From: Tetramitus jugosus
Lineage: Eukaryota > Protista > Heterolobosea
Direction of reading: 5' to 3'
Assembly: GCA_937625935.1 (NCBI GenBank)
Contig: OW569357.1
Span: forward strand, 310,001-374,000
Length of the DNA: 64,000 bases
Shown: piece by piece, positions 10,992-23,076 of the stretch
Layout of the letters: each line of letters opens with the position of its first letter
Numbering within the stretch: position 1 is the stretch's first letter
The notes under the pieces: generated by a model
The model's database searches: none
The model's input: the letters and a program-made list of their open reading frames with translations, nothing else
Told to the model about the DNA's origin: nothing
Position numbers and translations under genes: made by a program

Positions 10992-11316
10992 TAGATATCG
11001 AAGCACATCGATGTTAAGCAGACATATTTAAAAAATTCCAATTTTTTGGATGAATGTTATTCACTTTTCGTGGATGTTGTTGTTCGCAATAGTTTGGTTT
11101 TAGAGGTTCTTTTGTGTTTACATGCTTGCCCCCGTGGCAAAAGTATTTTTGAGGAGTTCTTACTGAAAAGAACATGGAAAAACATCGATTTTGGATAAAC
11201 TGTGAGAGAGCAATAAAAGGAATTTTGTGACAGCCAGATGGTGATCCAAAACACAAAGTCAATACCTAACAAGTACCATACATCTGCATACTTACAACAG
11301 TACTTTTTGAACAATA

Positions 11317-12014
11317 ATGTACATCTCTGACGAAAGCCGAATAAACTTAGCTCTGACCAAACTCTGCTATCAGAGCGAAGAGCAAAGCACGAGCCTGAAA
11401 ACACTATCATTTGGTGTCTTGTTCTTGAGTTTGTCTGTGGGAACTGGTGTGGCCAGTTGGGGCCTATCCAGGTTATTGTATGTGATCCATATTCTTTGAT
11501 ATCTATTCTGAATTAATAATTGATCTACAGTTTCTGATCTGACCACCAACCACCATATCGATTTCTAACCATTTTAGTTATTCAATAAAGGGACTATGCT
11601 TTCGCTCCAAAAGATTCTCTGAAAGCTTTAGAAGAAGAGGAAATTAAGAGGAAACAAAAGGTGATTGAAGAGGATTTACTCACCTTTGATAACACGCTCC
11701 TAGAGTTTGAACTCTCGGATTTCTTTGTTGCCAATGGTGGTGGTCCTCAGTGCTGTCCACTGCACGGATGTGAGCTCAAATGTTGCAAGTTCTGTCCTCA
11801 TCAGTCGAACCGACAACAGGCACACAATACCTACACATCGAAACACAACGAAGATGAGCTCATCACCTACTATGAGCCCTTTAGCCTGCCGAGCAGCACC
11901 AACAACAGCAACATGAACAACAACGACACGTTGGACAAAACTGATATTAACACCTACTTTGAAATTACTCTCTCCACTCCTGACCAATACATCCCCCACA
12001 GCACCCACATGTAA
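11317..12014 (+). CDS. Small single-TM protein with a Cys/His cluster (exons 11317-11477 and 11591-12014)
   Basis: A GTATGT donor at 11478 joined to the AAG acceptor at 11590 fuses two short ORFs in frame (...GLSRLL-DYAFAPK...). Contains CCPLHGCELKCCKFC. No family recognised. Confidence 0.5.
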
Positions 12015-12114
12015 ATAAAAACTCCTATCCCAATCAAAAAATCATCATCTCAGCACTTGAAACAACAACAAAAAGCAAAGTTGGTGGTTGACAGCAAAAG
12101 TGGAAACACACAAC

Positions 12115-15100
12115 ATGTCACTCCGATCATTATCACTATCCTCCTTGTCTGCTCCACCCACAACATCAACAACAACAACAACACCAACCTCTGCACTCTT
12201 CTTTTTTCAAAAGCTAATCCAATCTCACTCACCACAGGACATTAAACGAATTCAACATGTCGAAATATCAAAGCTTCTCATTGGTTCATCATCATCATCA
12301 GCGCTGTCAAACATGGAACAATATTGTTCTCAAGTGTTCAATGCACTGATCAAAGCAAACAACAATACAACAGCCGTAGACAAAAACTCATCATCATCAT
12401 CAACATCATCATCATTGGATCATCATCATCATCAATCGAATTTACAACAGCAGCAACAACAACAGAGAAGAGACACTACGATTCGAAACGTTTTGAAAGA
12501 ATTGATTAGTGTTCAAACACTATTACTCTCATCATCACAACAACAACAACAACAAGCAGTGAAAAATACAAGTCCATATTGTTGTGGTTTCCAGTTGAGT
12601 CAGAGTTTATTGTTATTTTGTTTCAAGACGTTGCTCGAACCGAGTAAATCATTCAGTATGGACAAGCGAATCAAAGCTCTCTGTCTCCTACTCGTTCAAA
12701 ATCAATTCAATAACAACCAGAATAAGAATAATAATATTGAGAATGGTGAAATGCAAGATGAAGCAACACGAGTGGATGGTACACCATCGATTTTGGAACA
12801 ATATTTTTCGAGGAATGACTTGGCAGAAGTACTCGTTTCCGATGTGGAGATTGTTCCTGTTGTGTTATCATTGTTGAACATGTATGCGAGTGAACAAGTG
12901 ATGAATAGGCATTGGAGAGAGACGATTGTGAGACCGTTTGTGTTGAATGCAGCCTTCTCAAACGATCAGAATCAACAGAATTTGAGTGAGACGCAATTGT
13001 ATTCATTGCTCAATATTGTTCCGTTTATTGCAAGTGTGATTCATCGTAGTGGTAATGGTAATGGTGGTTCTCATTTGGTGGATGTGACGACTAATAATGT
13101 GGTTTCATCTGTGATGACGACGATGGCTTCTTCTTCTTCTTTGGTTTCTTCTTTGGTTTCTTCTGATCCATTGATTGAACAAATGGAAAAGGTGTTTGCG
13201 AGTTGGTTGTTGAGAGCAGGAACGTTTACGGAGAAGAAGAAGGCTGTGTTTAGAGGTGGTGCAGTGTCTGTGACAGAGTTGGATGGATCACCTTGTTCCG
13301 GGTTCTTTACACTGTTGAATCATACACAGACGTTTTCGAGGCGACAGAATGTGAATTCAATCTTGTTTTCTGTGTTGCACACGTGGATACGGTCGGTGCA
13401 TCGAGTGGAACCATCTCTGTTGTCGATGAGCGCACAAGCCAATCTTTCATCATCATTGTCATCGAGTCAAGGAATGGTGATTGGATCGTTGCAAAACGTG
13501 CCATCGAAACTGAAATCATCTCACAAGAAGGATCACCTGCTGCATCGTCATTCGTACGACAGCTTGACGCCACCGTCTCCCATCTTGAATGAGCTTCATA
13601 TTCGAGCCATGAGTCCCGCAGCCCACCACCAGACTCCTCAAGACTCAATAGCACAGCAGCAACAACAACGTCAACATATGCCAATGAATAATCAGCTCTT
13701 GGATGCCATTGTGCAGTATTGCCTGCGGTTGATACAGCAGTCTGAGCTAAAGTATAACAATAGTAGAGAATCTGTTCGATCCTTGTTCACATCATCGTAC
13801 ATCGAGAGTGTTCTCGTGGAAACAGTTCGTCAATTGGACGAGATTTGTACCATTTACCCAGTAGTTGTAAGTATTATTTGATATGATTTGTATACTTTCC
13901 CATCTCTAAACTTTTGATATTTAGGTTGGAAGAGTATTTCCCTCGTTGAAAAAGCTGTTCCATATTCTGTGTAATCAACGCATACTGGTGCAACAAGCCT
14001 TGTTGACACAGCAACAACAACAGCAGCAACAACAAACTCAATCGAGTACATTGTCTCCCTCGCGTCGTAAATATCAGGTTGAAAAACCAAAACTTACGAT
14101 TAAGCCAACAAAGCAAGTTCCTACTTCGGAGCAACTGTTGCAACACAGTCTCATGACTCGGTCCAACATGGGTTGTTTGCTCATTTGTCTGATTGAATTT
14201 TTCATTCATCACATTCACACGTTGGTCTATGATCCACAACCTCTATTCCAGAGCTTTTTCAGCGAACAATTCCCATATTACTGTATGTAGCATCTTCTGT
14301 TTGTTTTCAGCGACGATATCAACAACGAAACTCACTTCATTCTCATGTCTATAGACCGTGAGCCATTGTTCCCCATTGAGTTAATGATTCTGTTCCTCGA
14401 TAACCAAAAGATCATTCACTATGAAACAAAGTTGTTGGACGACTATTATCCTCAGCTGTTTAAATTAATGGCCTATAGTCCACATCAGATCGTCGAGGAA
14501 CTCTCCGTTGTGTTACCATCGATTATCAGTCACTCAAATTACTTGGATGTTTTTCATCGAATCTTGGATTTACCCATGCTCAGTTTTGTTCTCGACTGTG
14601 ATTCAAAGAAGCTCAATATTCAAACCAGTGATGTTTTAAACTCGCTGTTTGAGAGTGTAGTGAGCGACAATGTCAACGCTCTGAGAGATTTTTGGGCAAA
14701 ACGAATGTTAAGTGCTGATTGGGATCAAATGTGTCAACAAATTAATGGTATTCTCCCTGATGTTGCTATTCAAACATCCGAATGCACAACAAAGCTCCTG
14801 GAAACGTACTTTTCAGTTTTACTTGAAGAAGAGGACAGTGAAGAGTTGTTGCACGAGTTACTTCCGATTCTCTTGAAACGTGTCAACACGTTGACGCCTG
14901 TGCACCGAGGAACCTATTTACAGGACACACGAAAAGTGTTGCTAAAGTATTTTGTGGTTGTGTTGGAGAGATGGCCCGCATTTATTGTGGATATGAAGAA
15001 CCTGTTGCTGCAAACATTACAAGAGGTCAACGATGATGTCTTTGTAAATGTATGCTACTCTATTGGACAATCGATCGCAGCATGTGCAGATGCGCGTCTG

Positions 15101-15490
15101 ACCACGCAACTAATCGTGCAATACTTTGAAGCATTGGAACTCGTTACTTTCGAACAGTTGGCGCGTGCAAGAGTCCAAAAGAAGCTTTCCGCACAGAGGA
15201 AATTAGCGGACTTGCCATCCGAAATGGAGGAGGAATTTCTGGTCAGTAGTCGATACTCGACTCAATGCCTCAATACTCTGATCAGCAGCATGGTAAAGAT
15301 ATGTGGTCGATGTCCTGACCTGGTACCTCGAGTCATAGTCTGTCTAACCAACCTCGTTAAGCACTATGATAGTCTCCATGCGAGCGTAGTTCAAAGAGCA
15401 AACGAGTCAATCCGTCTACTGCGATTTCCATCAATCGTGACCTCCTTGTTTTGCTCCGCTGTCGTCACCTCTCGTAATGATGGAAAATAG
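12115..15490 (+). CDS. AP5Z1: AP-5 complex subunit zeta (SPG48) (introns 13867-13924 and 14283-14354)
   Basis: ELDGSPCSGFFTLLN...NSILFSVLHTW, YFEALELVTFE, and KICGRCPDLVPRV...RANESIRLLRFPSI match conserved AP5Z1 blocks. Both introns are GT-AG and restore the frame. Confidence 0.85.
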
Positions 15491-16524
15491 GGGTTAGTTA
15501 TTGAGCACCGTGCGACATCATTAGCCAATGATTGGTGCTCCCCTGTCAATGTTGCTTCCATCGTGACAATCTCCTTTTGCACATACGATACGGCTTGGAT
15601 TCGTAGCACTCAAATAACATGAGTCTACGGTAGAAGTTATCTATTTGTGATATAGAGGTAATTTATCAATCTTTTTATTACTGGAAACAATGGGGTGTTC
15701 GTTTCCAGGAACAATCAGCTCTATTCAACTCACATTGATCAGAACAGAGCCTAACCGAGCTCGAATATGGTAGTACCATGGCCTAAGCTACTAGGAAGTA
15801 TCTATTGCTCGTGCGGCGAGCCCCGAATCGCTTCTTGGCCACAATCTGAACTGAGACTAAGAATCTTGCGAGTGAGCAAGGAAATTCTGCACCCAGGAGT
15901 TATTCTTCGAGGTCTAAATGAAATATCAATACATAAACTCCATGAGAAACCTGAACAACGAGCCCTTTCCGTGCTCTCTCTTCTGATTCTCTTCCTTCAT
16001 ACCGGTGTCATTGGCAGTCTGTAGTTTGCGTTTCAATGACAGACAACATTCGGGCGCGCACCACCCGCACCCGAACGCGCAGCAGAATTGTTTTCTCCAT
16101 GATACGGAGGATTTCTTCCCACCTTAAACGTCATGGCCCGCATCTCGAAAAGCCACATATCGCTTTTTTGGTTTCCGTTCATGCTACCCTATCCAGAGAA
16201 AAAAATACATGCCAGCCGAAAGGACAACGATCATCGCCACATGCATGACCTTGAACACCGGGTGTAGTGTGTCTGGGGCACGGGTGGGGTTGGGTGTGTG
16301 TGCCTGGACCACACAAATCAGCCAAAAACGAATCAACAACTGTTCAATCAAAACCACCAACAACAATCACCAACACCCATAACTGATACAAGTAAACCCC
16401 TTAAAGTAGAAGAGAACTATTCCCTGTGATTTTCTTCCCTTGAGCTCCTCCATCATCCGTTATCCCCCTTCCACCACCACTGTACATACATACCTATCAC
16501 ATATCACACACATACTTGTAAATC

Positions 16525-17637
16525 ATGGCAGGAGGATACAAGACACCTAAAGAAGCACTCAATGTCGTTCGAACAATTGGAGCGGCACGTGCCAAACAAC
16601 CCACAGATCAAATCCTACTGCTCAGCTTTGTCAGTGGTTGCTACATTGCATTCGGAGCTTATTGTGCCGTTCTCGTCGGAGGTAACGTCCCCCAAATCAA
16701 AGCAACCAATCCCGGTATTCAAAAACTGTTGTATGGTATTGCGTTCACTGTGGGTCTCATGATGACTACACTGACTGGTAGTGATCTGTATACGGGCAAC
16801 GTGTTTACCATTACGTTTGCCATCATGTCTAAAAAGACTCGTTTCACGAATGCTTTTCATGCACTCAAGGGCGTCATTCTCACCTTTATCGGAAATATGC
16901 TCGGTGGTCTCTTTGTTGCCTACTTTTTCGTCTATTTGCTCACACCGGATCAATCGGAGCCATGGGTCGAGTTTCTAAAGTCAATGGCCGTGAAGAAGAC
17001 GCACAAGAATGTGGGTCTGTTGTTGTTGAGTGGTATCGGATGTAATTGGATTGTTTCGACTGCTGTTTTCATGAATTATACGGCAGAAGATGTGTCTGGT
17101 AAGATTTTGGCCATGTTTTTGCCTGTCATGGCATTTGCCATCTATGGTTTTGAGCACGTGGTTGCCAATGCCTTCTTTTTGCCTGCTGCTGCCATGTTTG
17201 GAGCCAATGTGCCAGTGTGGAGAATTGTCTTTTGGAACTATTTGCCAGTGGCTGTTGGAAACTATATTGGCGGTGTTGTGTTTGTTGGTGGGCTCTTTTG
17301 GTATGCTCACATGATGAGACCAAAGCATCATGACGTACTGGAGAACTTGGCCAAAAAGATGTGGCACAAGATAAGAGGCAACAACAATAGTGCCACTGGT
17401 CATAATGCTGATCTGGATCTTGAGTTGGGCAGCAGTGCAGGCACTGTGAAGAGCACTGCACCATATTATCCAAGCTCTGGATTGAGTGCGATAAAGGAAC
17501 TGCCCTGTGCCAATGTTGCAATTGATTGCACGAGTGAATCAATGGGCAATACGACCACGACGACAGCCACCAGTTATTCGAGTGATAACTATGGCATTGA
17601 CATGAATGAAAAGAAGGGCAATTGTGTTGTGGTGTAA
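16525..17637 (+). CDS. Formate/nitrite transporter (FNT) family channel with a C-terminal CaaX
   Basis: GSDLYTGN, GNMLGG, GIGCNWIV, GFEHVVAN and GNYIGG motifs. Six-TM pattern. Ends KKGNCVVV-stop. Confidence 0.92.
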   Translation: MAGGYKTPKEALNVVRTIGAARAKQPTDQILLLSFVSGCYIAFGAYCAVLVGGNVPQIKATNPGIQKLLYGIAFTVGLMMTTLTGSDLYTGNVFTITFAIMSKKTRFTNAFHALKGVILTFIGNMLGGLFVAYFFVYLLTPDQSEPWVEFLKSMAVKKTHKNVGLLLLSGIGCNWIVSTAVFMNYTAEDVSGKILAMFLPVMAFAIYGFEHVVANAFFLPAAAMFGANVPVWRIVFWNYLPVAVGNYIGGVVFVGGLFWYAHMMRPKHHDVLENLAKKMWHKIRGNNNSATGHNADLDLELGSSAGTVKSTAPYYPSSGLSAIKELPCANVAIDCTSESMGNTTTTTATSYSSDNYGIDMNEKKGNCVVV

Positions 17638-18048
17638 TTGAGTTCCACACGCATATTCGAATGTACACTGCTAAAACTTGTTCAAGATGAACAACGACTG
17701 ACTCACCAGTCATGTATCAATGATGGGTGATCAATGATGTGAGATTAGGTTCATTGATCAATGCCATGTCGACAAAGGCCCTGACATCTCGTGGTTCATG
17801 AAGTTGTTGAGAGCTTTTTGTTGACAAAGCACGTGGAACTTTGTTTTCTCCTCGGTCCACAAAAATAAATCAATTTTCTAGAACTTTCGAACTTGCCGCT
17901 TGCTGAAACTCCGCATAGACAGATGACAGTGTCCCGTGTTTGCTGAAAAGGCAGACCCAGTAATCTCTCGTTTCCCAGTTCCCACACACAGCACACAGAA
18001 ATCAATAACAACCCAATACTTTTCTATTTCGTCATTATTGCAATCAAA

Positions 18049-18742
18049 ATGGGAGCCAACCTATCCAAGAAAGTTATTCCACAGGACACAGAAGCCATGC
18101 AGCACTATTGCCAATCAGTCATGACAAGAAGTGAAATTGAACAGTGGAGACAATTCTGGACAAGTCTCTATCCAAGTGGTGTCGCCACGAGAGACAACTT
18201 TGATTCGTTTGCGAAAATTGCAAGTCTCACCTATAGCACAACAGGTGTTGACCTCATGTTTCGTCTGTTGGACACGAACAGAGACGGAAAGATTACCTTC
18301 TTGGAGTTTTTATGGTGAGTGAATGCGTTGAACATGTTGTTTGTGTGTTTGGTGTGTCTGTTGTTCTTTGACTGACACCAACTGATTGTTTTTAAATGTC
18401 GATGCTTCTATTAGGTTCGAAGCACTTCATGGACGTCAATCCTATGTTGATCCAGATGATGAATTCAGCAAGGAGAGGAGACTGGGTCACTTGATTGATC
18501 AAGCTTTTCTACTGTATGATGCCAATGGAGATGGAAAGCTGAGCAGACAGGAGATGAGAGAGACAATGATCAACTGCTTGAAGCTTGGTGGAGCTGAGAT
18601 TGATGCGCGAAAGCAAGAAGAGATTGAACAGAAGATTGACACCATTTTCCAATTGGCAGAGAAGAGCGAAAAGGAGAGCTTGACAAAGAGTGAGCTACTA
18701 GAGGTGACGCGAGCTGATTCTTCACTGCTCTCAATGCTGTAA
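18049..18742 (+). CDS. Myristoylated EF-hand calcium sensor (NCS/calcineurin-B-like; intron 18315-18414)
   Basis: MGANLS start. EF loops DTNRDGKITFLE and DANGDGKLSRQE. The GTGAGT...TTAG intron restores the frame. Confidence 0.88.
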
Positions 18743-18871
18743 AGCTCACATCAGATCATCCAACAACCACATTCAAGATAAACCGCCAAAAAATATTTTC
18801 CTGTCGCGCATTATACAAAATGTTGATTTTACAAAAAAAATACTTGATAATTGCTTGTCGAAATGGATCCA

Positions 18872-19345
18872 TTATTGTCCTCTGACCTTTGTGCCCAATG
18901 CTCTCTCAATCTTTGCAATCAAAGCATTATTAATAATGGACTTACCATTCTCCACATCAGCAATCACAGTCACCTTCTCATTGACTGATCTTGCCAAGTC
19001 CTCACGTGAAATATTCTTCTTTTGTCTTGTTTGTGCAATAGCTAATCCCCATGCACGAGGAACATACTCGTGTCTATACGAGTCAAGCTCATCACTGTCA
19101 GCCTTTCTTGTTGCTACCGCTTGTTGTCTCTGTTTGTTCGTTCCTGCCTTGTACTTTTTTTGTACGGGTCCAGAGGAGCCTCCACCACCAATGGTGCTTC
19201 CTACTTTGATACCCTTCTTGTAGATGCTTTCACCACTGCTGCTGCTGCCGATAGATGTTGTAGTGGAGGTGGGTGCATTTGGGTCCTTTGGTCTTCCAGT
19301 CTTTTCCTTCTTGGTCACTGTGGTCCAATCGTCGTCTTTTGCCAT
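18872..19345 (-). CDS. MBF1: Multiprotein bridging factor 1
   Basis: DDWTTVT start, KKYKAGTNKQ, and an HTH region (IAQTRQKKNISREDLARSVNEKVTVIADVENGK...KIERALGTKVRG). Confidence 0.92.
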   Translation of the reverse strand: MAKDDDWTTVTKKEKTGRPKDPNAPTSTTTSIGSSSSGESIYKKGIKVGSTIGGGGSSGPVQKKYKAGTNKQRQQAVATRKADSDELDSYRHEYVPRAWGLAIAQTRQKKNISREDLARSVNEKVTVIADVENGKSIINNALIAKIERALGTKVRGQ

Positions 19346-19644
19346 TGTTAATGTATGTGTATGTTACAAGGGTGGTTGTTGTTGTTGTTCGTTTTTGGTT
19401 GTTGTTGTTATTGTTGTTTTTTCAGTTGGTGATGTGACGAAAATCAAAAAATGTTTTTATTGGCTTGGAAAAAGCATGCAGAATCAAAGTTGATCGGTGC
19501 GTGGTTTTGATCGTAAAGTTCTTTCAGGAATTTGGATCAATCGCGGAAAATCTGAACTTGAGATGCGAACTTCTTCTTTTCCGGTATCAAGGAGCTGGTT
19601 TTACAAAAGGCAAGCAGAAGATGTCAAAGTATACAATTATTCAT

Positions 19645-20783
19645 TTACTTTTGTGGTTCAGGAGGAGTGAATGCGGCCATCTTTTCCAAATTCAACAACA
19701 AGTTATCACTGTTCAAATAAATCTTGTTCTGCGAAGCTCTTGGATCGCTCATGATTTCAGCAATCTCCTTGGCAGCTTCCAGTCTTCTCAGCTCCAAGAA
19801 TCCCTTGTCTCTCTTCATGGCTTCACCAACCAATTGAATAGATGCAGCCTCTCCCTCTGCTTGAATAATAGCAGCTTGACGTTCTTGTTCAGCCTTCTCA
19901 ACATAGAATCTAGCTCTTTCAGCTTCTTGTTGTGCAACTTGCTTGGCTTCGACAGCAGCAGTGTACTCCTTACCGAAACCAGTGTGAGTAATACTCACGT
20001 TTTGAATCACAATGTTGAATGCAGAGGCACGGCTCTTGATCTCTTGTTCAATTGCTTCAGAGACCATGGATCTTTGAGTAAGCAATTCAGCGGCAGTGTA
20101 CTTTGCCACAACAGCCTTCATGACTTCATTTCCGACAGATGGCAACACACGTTCCGCATAGTTTGTTCCCAGAGTTCTATAAATTTCTGGAAGCTTATGT
20201 TTGTTTGGGTGATGGAGAATTCTGACAGTAAGGTTCACCATTTGCAAATCCTTGGAACCGGTGAGACTGGAGATCTCAGATGGTCTCGTACGAATATCGT
20301 AAATGATTGGTCTCTCGAGGAATGGAATTTTCACGTGATAACCTTCTTCATAAGTCTCATTGAGCAATCCAGTGAGACGATTGAATTTGATGGCAGTCTC
20401 ACCACCCTCAACCTTGTAAATGCACTTGTAGGCACCTGTATGTTGTTTGCACAACATATTTTTTCACAATCATCATTTTTTCATCAACAACAATAAATGC
20501 ATGATGATCGATTCATCATCAAAATAACAATCAATAAATTGCGGGAAAATTCAAGGAAAAGTGCATGGTGTGAGAAATTGAAAAAAAACACATGATTTGA
20601 AGTGAATTCACTTGAAAAAAACATACCCAATGCCAAACCAGCCAATCCAACAGCAAAAACTCCACCAGTCATTGCAGCTCTGGCACTTGGATTCTTAGGT
20701 GATCCAGAACTGGATACGCGCTTCACAAATTTTGAAATTTTATCGTTCATGTCGGAAAAGTCTCCAAATCCTCTATTGTTCAT
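19645..20783 (-). CDS. PHB2: Prohibitin, PHB2-like (exons 20783-20627 and 20435-19645)
   Basis: IYKVEGGETAIKFNR, TGSKDLQMVN, AERVLPS, AVEAKQVAQQEAERA. 191-nt GTATGT...ACAG intron. Confidence 0.88.
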
Positions 20784-21081
20784 CCTTGTCGATTTGTTGT
20801 GTTTTTTTTTGTTGATGTCTTTTGTTTTGCGTAAAAATTGTTTGAGCGGAGATTATTGTTTTTGCGCAAGGGAGAAGGATCAACTTTTCTCTATCAATAC
20901 CATCGTGCAATATCAGTCTGGGCATTCGTTATGCCAGACATAACATACAATACCATTTTGAAATCAGCGTGAAGAGCTGGATCTTATCTAGTGAGTCATC
21001 CTTCTCATGCCTTATCGGCCAATTAACTATTTTCGAGAGCTAATTAAAACCCAACCACTTTCTCCGTCTCGAAACATTTTC

Positions 21082-21105
21082 TTAACGGTCAGTTTTGGCG
21101 CCCAA
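21082..21105 (+). promoter_or_regulatory. Putative Myb (AACGG) plus E2F-like (TTTTGGCGC) element upstream of Cdc25
   Basis: TTAACGGTC is followed directly by TTTTGGCGCCCAA, about 150 nt upstream of the ATG. Motif match only. Confidence 0.4.
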
Positions 21106-21252
21106 GAATTATCGAACCTTTTTTCGACCCCATGTCTTGGACACCTTCAGATCCACACAGCAACACGACGCCATCAGTTCTTCTTCTGGAGTGCACTTCC
21201 AATAGATCACCTTTGATCCCATCGATTTATCTTTTTTTCCCTTGTAGTATTC

Positions 21253-22921
21253 ATGAAGAGAAAGCGCTCTACTCAAAAGAGCTCCACACCTGTTGTTGTA
21301 CACTCATCTACCTCATCTACGTCCACCATGGTGGTGAATAATGGCCATAATGGGAGAACCAATGACAAGAAGAAAAACGATATTGTGAGCATGTTCTTAT
21401 CTCCTTGGAAAAAGGCCTGTTTAAGAAGCAGAGCCAGCCCAAAGGATAACTTATCACCTAATGGTGGGTTGATTGTGGGTGACGGAGAAGGTCAGGCAGA
21501 TGCCAACAATAACAATAAGGAGAATATGTGTCCCATATCATCCCCTCATCCTTTGTCAAAGAAACAAAAATTGTCTATTGAAGTTCCACCACAAGAAAAG
21601 AAACAAAGCCATTTGGTTAGATCGCCAATGTCAGCTACAGGTTTATCTCATGCTGTAGCTAATAATTCAGTGAGAAGATCACTCCAATTTCATTCAACAA
21701 GTGCTGGAAAGAGTGACACTGGATCGCCTTTGCTCAGTTCTAGCTCTACCACTAGCACAGACTTTGATCACCTTACCTTTGGTAAATTAAGTATTGAGTC
21801 TCCATTGAATACTCCTCTATCTAGTGGCAGTTATTCATCATTTACTCCTATGTCTGCACCAGCATCACCTGCTTTGATTTCAACTCGATTGAGCTTTAGT
21901 TCACCACCTCAGTCTTCTAGCAGTACTGAATTTGCTTCCGTTGAACGACAAGAGCAAGAGGACGCTTCTGTCAACATCAATGTGCCTCAGGGACTGGATT
22001 TTAGCTCTTGTGCAACAAGTAAGAGGAATACAGGAAACAGAGACAAGTACTTTGCAATTTCTAAACCAATCTCGCGCTCTCAGAAGAGAAAGAAGAATGC
22101 TCATTTTACTGCGGGTTTAGTGTTGCCTACGATTCCAATGGAAGAGGATAAACCAGAGATATCTCCTCTAGCTGATATTTCTCCTGGAATCTTTTGTGAA
22201 CCAACTGTTTTTGATGATCCCAACAGCCAACAGTTCATGTTGACTTTGCCTGTTGAGCCTGAACCTCGCAATTCAGATTGTAACACTATCTCTACTGAAA
22301 CCGTAAGTTTTGTATTTTTTACTTTAAGTTTGATCAACGTATCTTAATGTTTTTTGAACCAAAAAATAGATGGTAAGAGTTCTTCGTGGAGAGTTTGGCA
22401 AGTTTTTAATTATTGATTGTCGTTTTCCATTCGAATACGACGGTGGGCATTTTAAATCTGCTGTTAATATTACCAGGCCAGACTGCCTAAAGGAGTTGCT
22501 CTTTGATGCGCACACTTCCTCTGATACTAATTCGCTATTTCTTGACTTGCAGAAGAAGTTTGACATCGATTCCGAATTGTTAGAGAGTACCTTCTCTAAT
22601 CCAAAAGACACAATAATTATTTTCCATTGTGAGTATTCACAAAAGAGAGGCCCAAAGTTGTACCGTCATTTGAGGCATCTGGACAGAGAAGCTCATCGAA
22701 ACTCCTATCCTGAGCTCTACTATCCAAATATGTACGTTCTAGAGAAGGGATACAAGGGCTTCTGGGAGCATTTGTTGACTGATGATTCCTTTGCTTCGCG
22801 TGAGTTCTGCGAGCCTGACAACTATGTTCCGATGGACGACCCACAATACAAGGATGACCTTACAGAAAGCTGGAAACAGATGAGAGAGAGCTGGAAAAAG
22901 CTGAAACAGAGAAGACGTTAA
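21253..22921 (+). CDS. CDC25: Cdc25 M-phase inducer phosphatase (intron 22303-22369)
   Basis: SP/TP-rich regulatory N-terminus, IIDCRFPFEYDGGH, catalytic HCEYSQKRGP, YPELYYPNMYVLEKGY, YVPMDD. Confidence 0.92.
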
Positions 22922-23076
22922 ATCGTTAAATGTTGTATTCTTCCATTGTTCAATGCCATTATCCTGAGAATAAAACGTTGGCGCTCTACTTTTCCCTCCT
23001 GTTTGCTTGCTGAGCGCCAAACTGAAACCGTTAACGCACGAGAATTTGGTCCAAAATTACGGAACGAAATAACAAG

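Noticed and set aside
15827-15862. ATCGCTTCTTGGCC resembling the 5' end of U2 snRNA
   Set aside because: Lacks the GTAGTA branch-pairing sequence, stem I and an Sm site at the expected positions.
19465-20496. 343-aa ORF opposite prohibitin
   Set aside because: Same antisense-shadow effect; no protein features.
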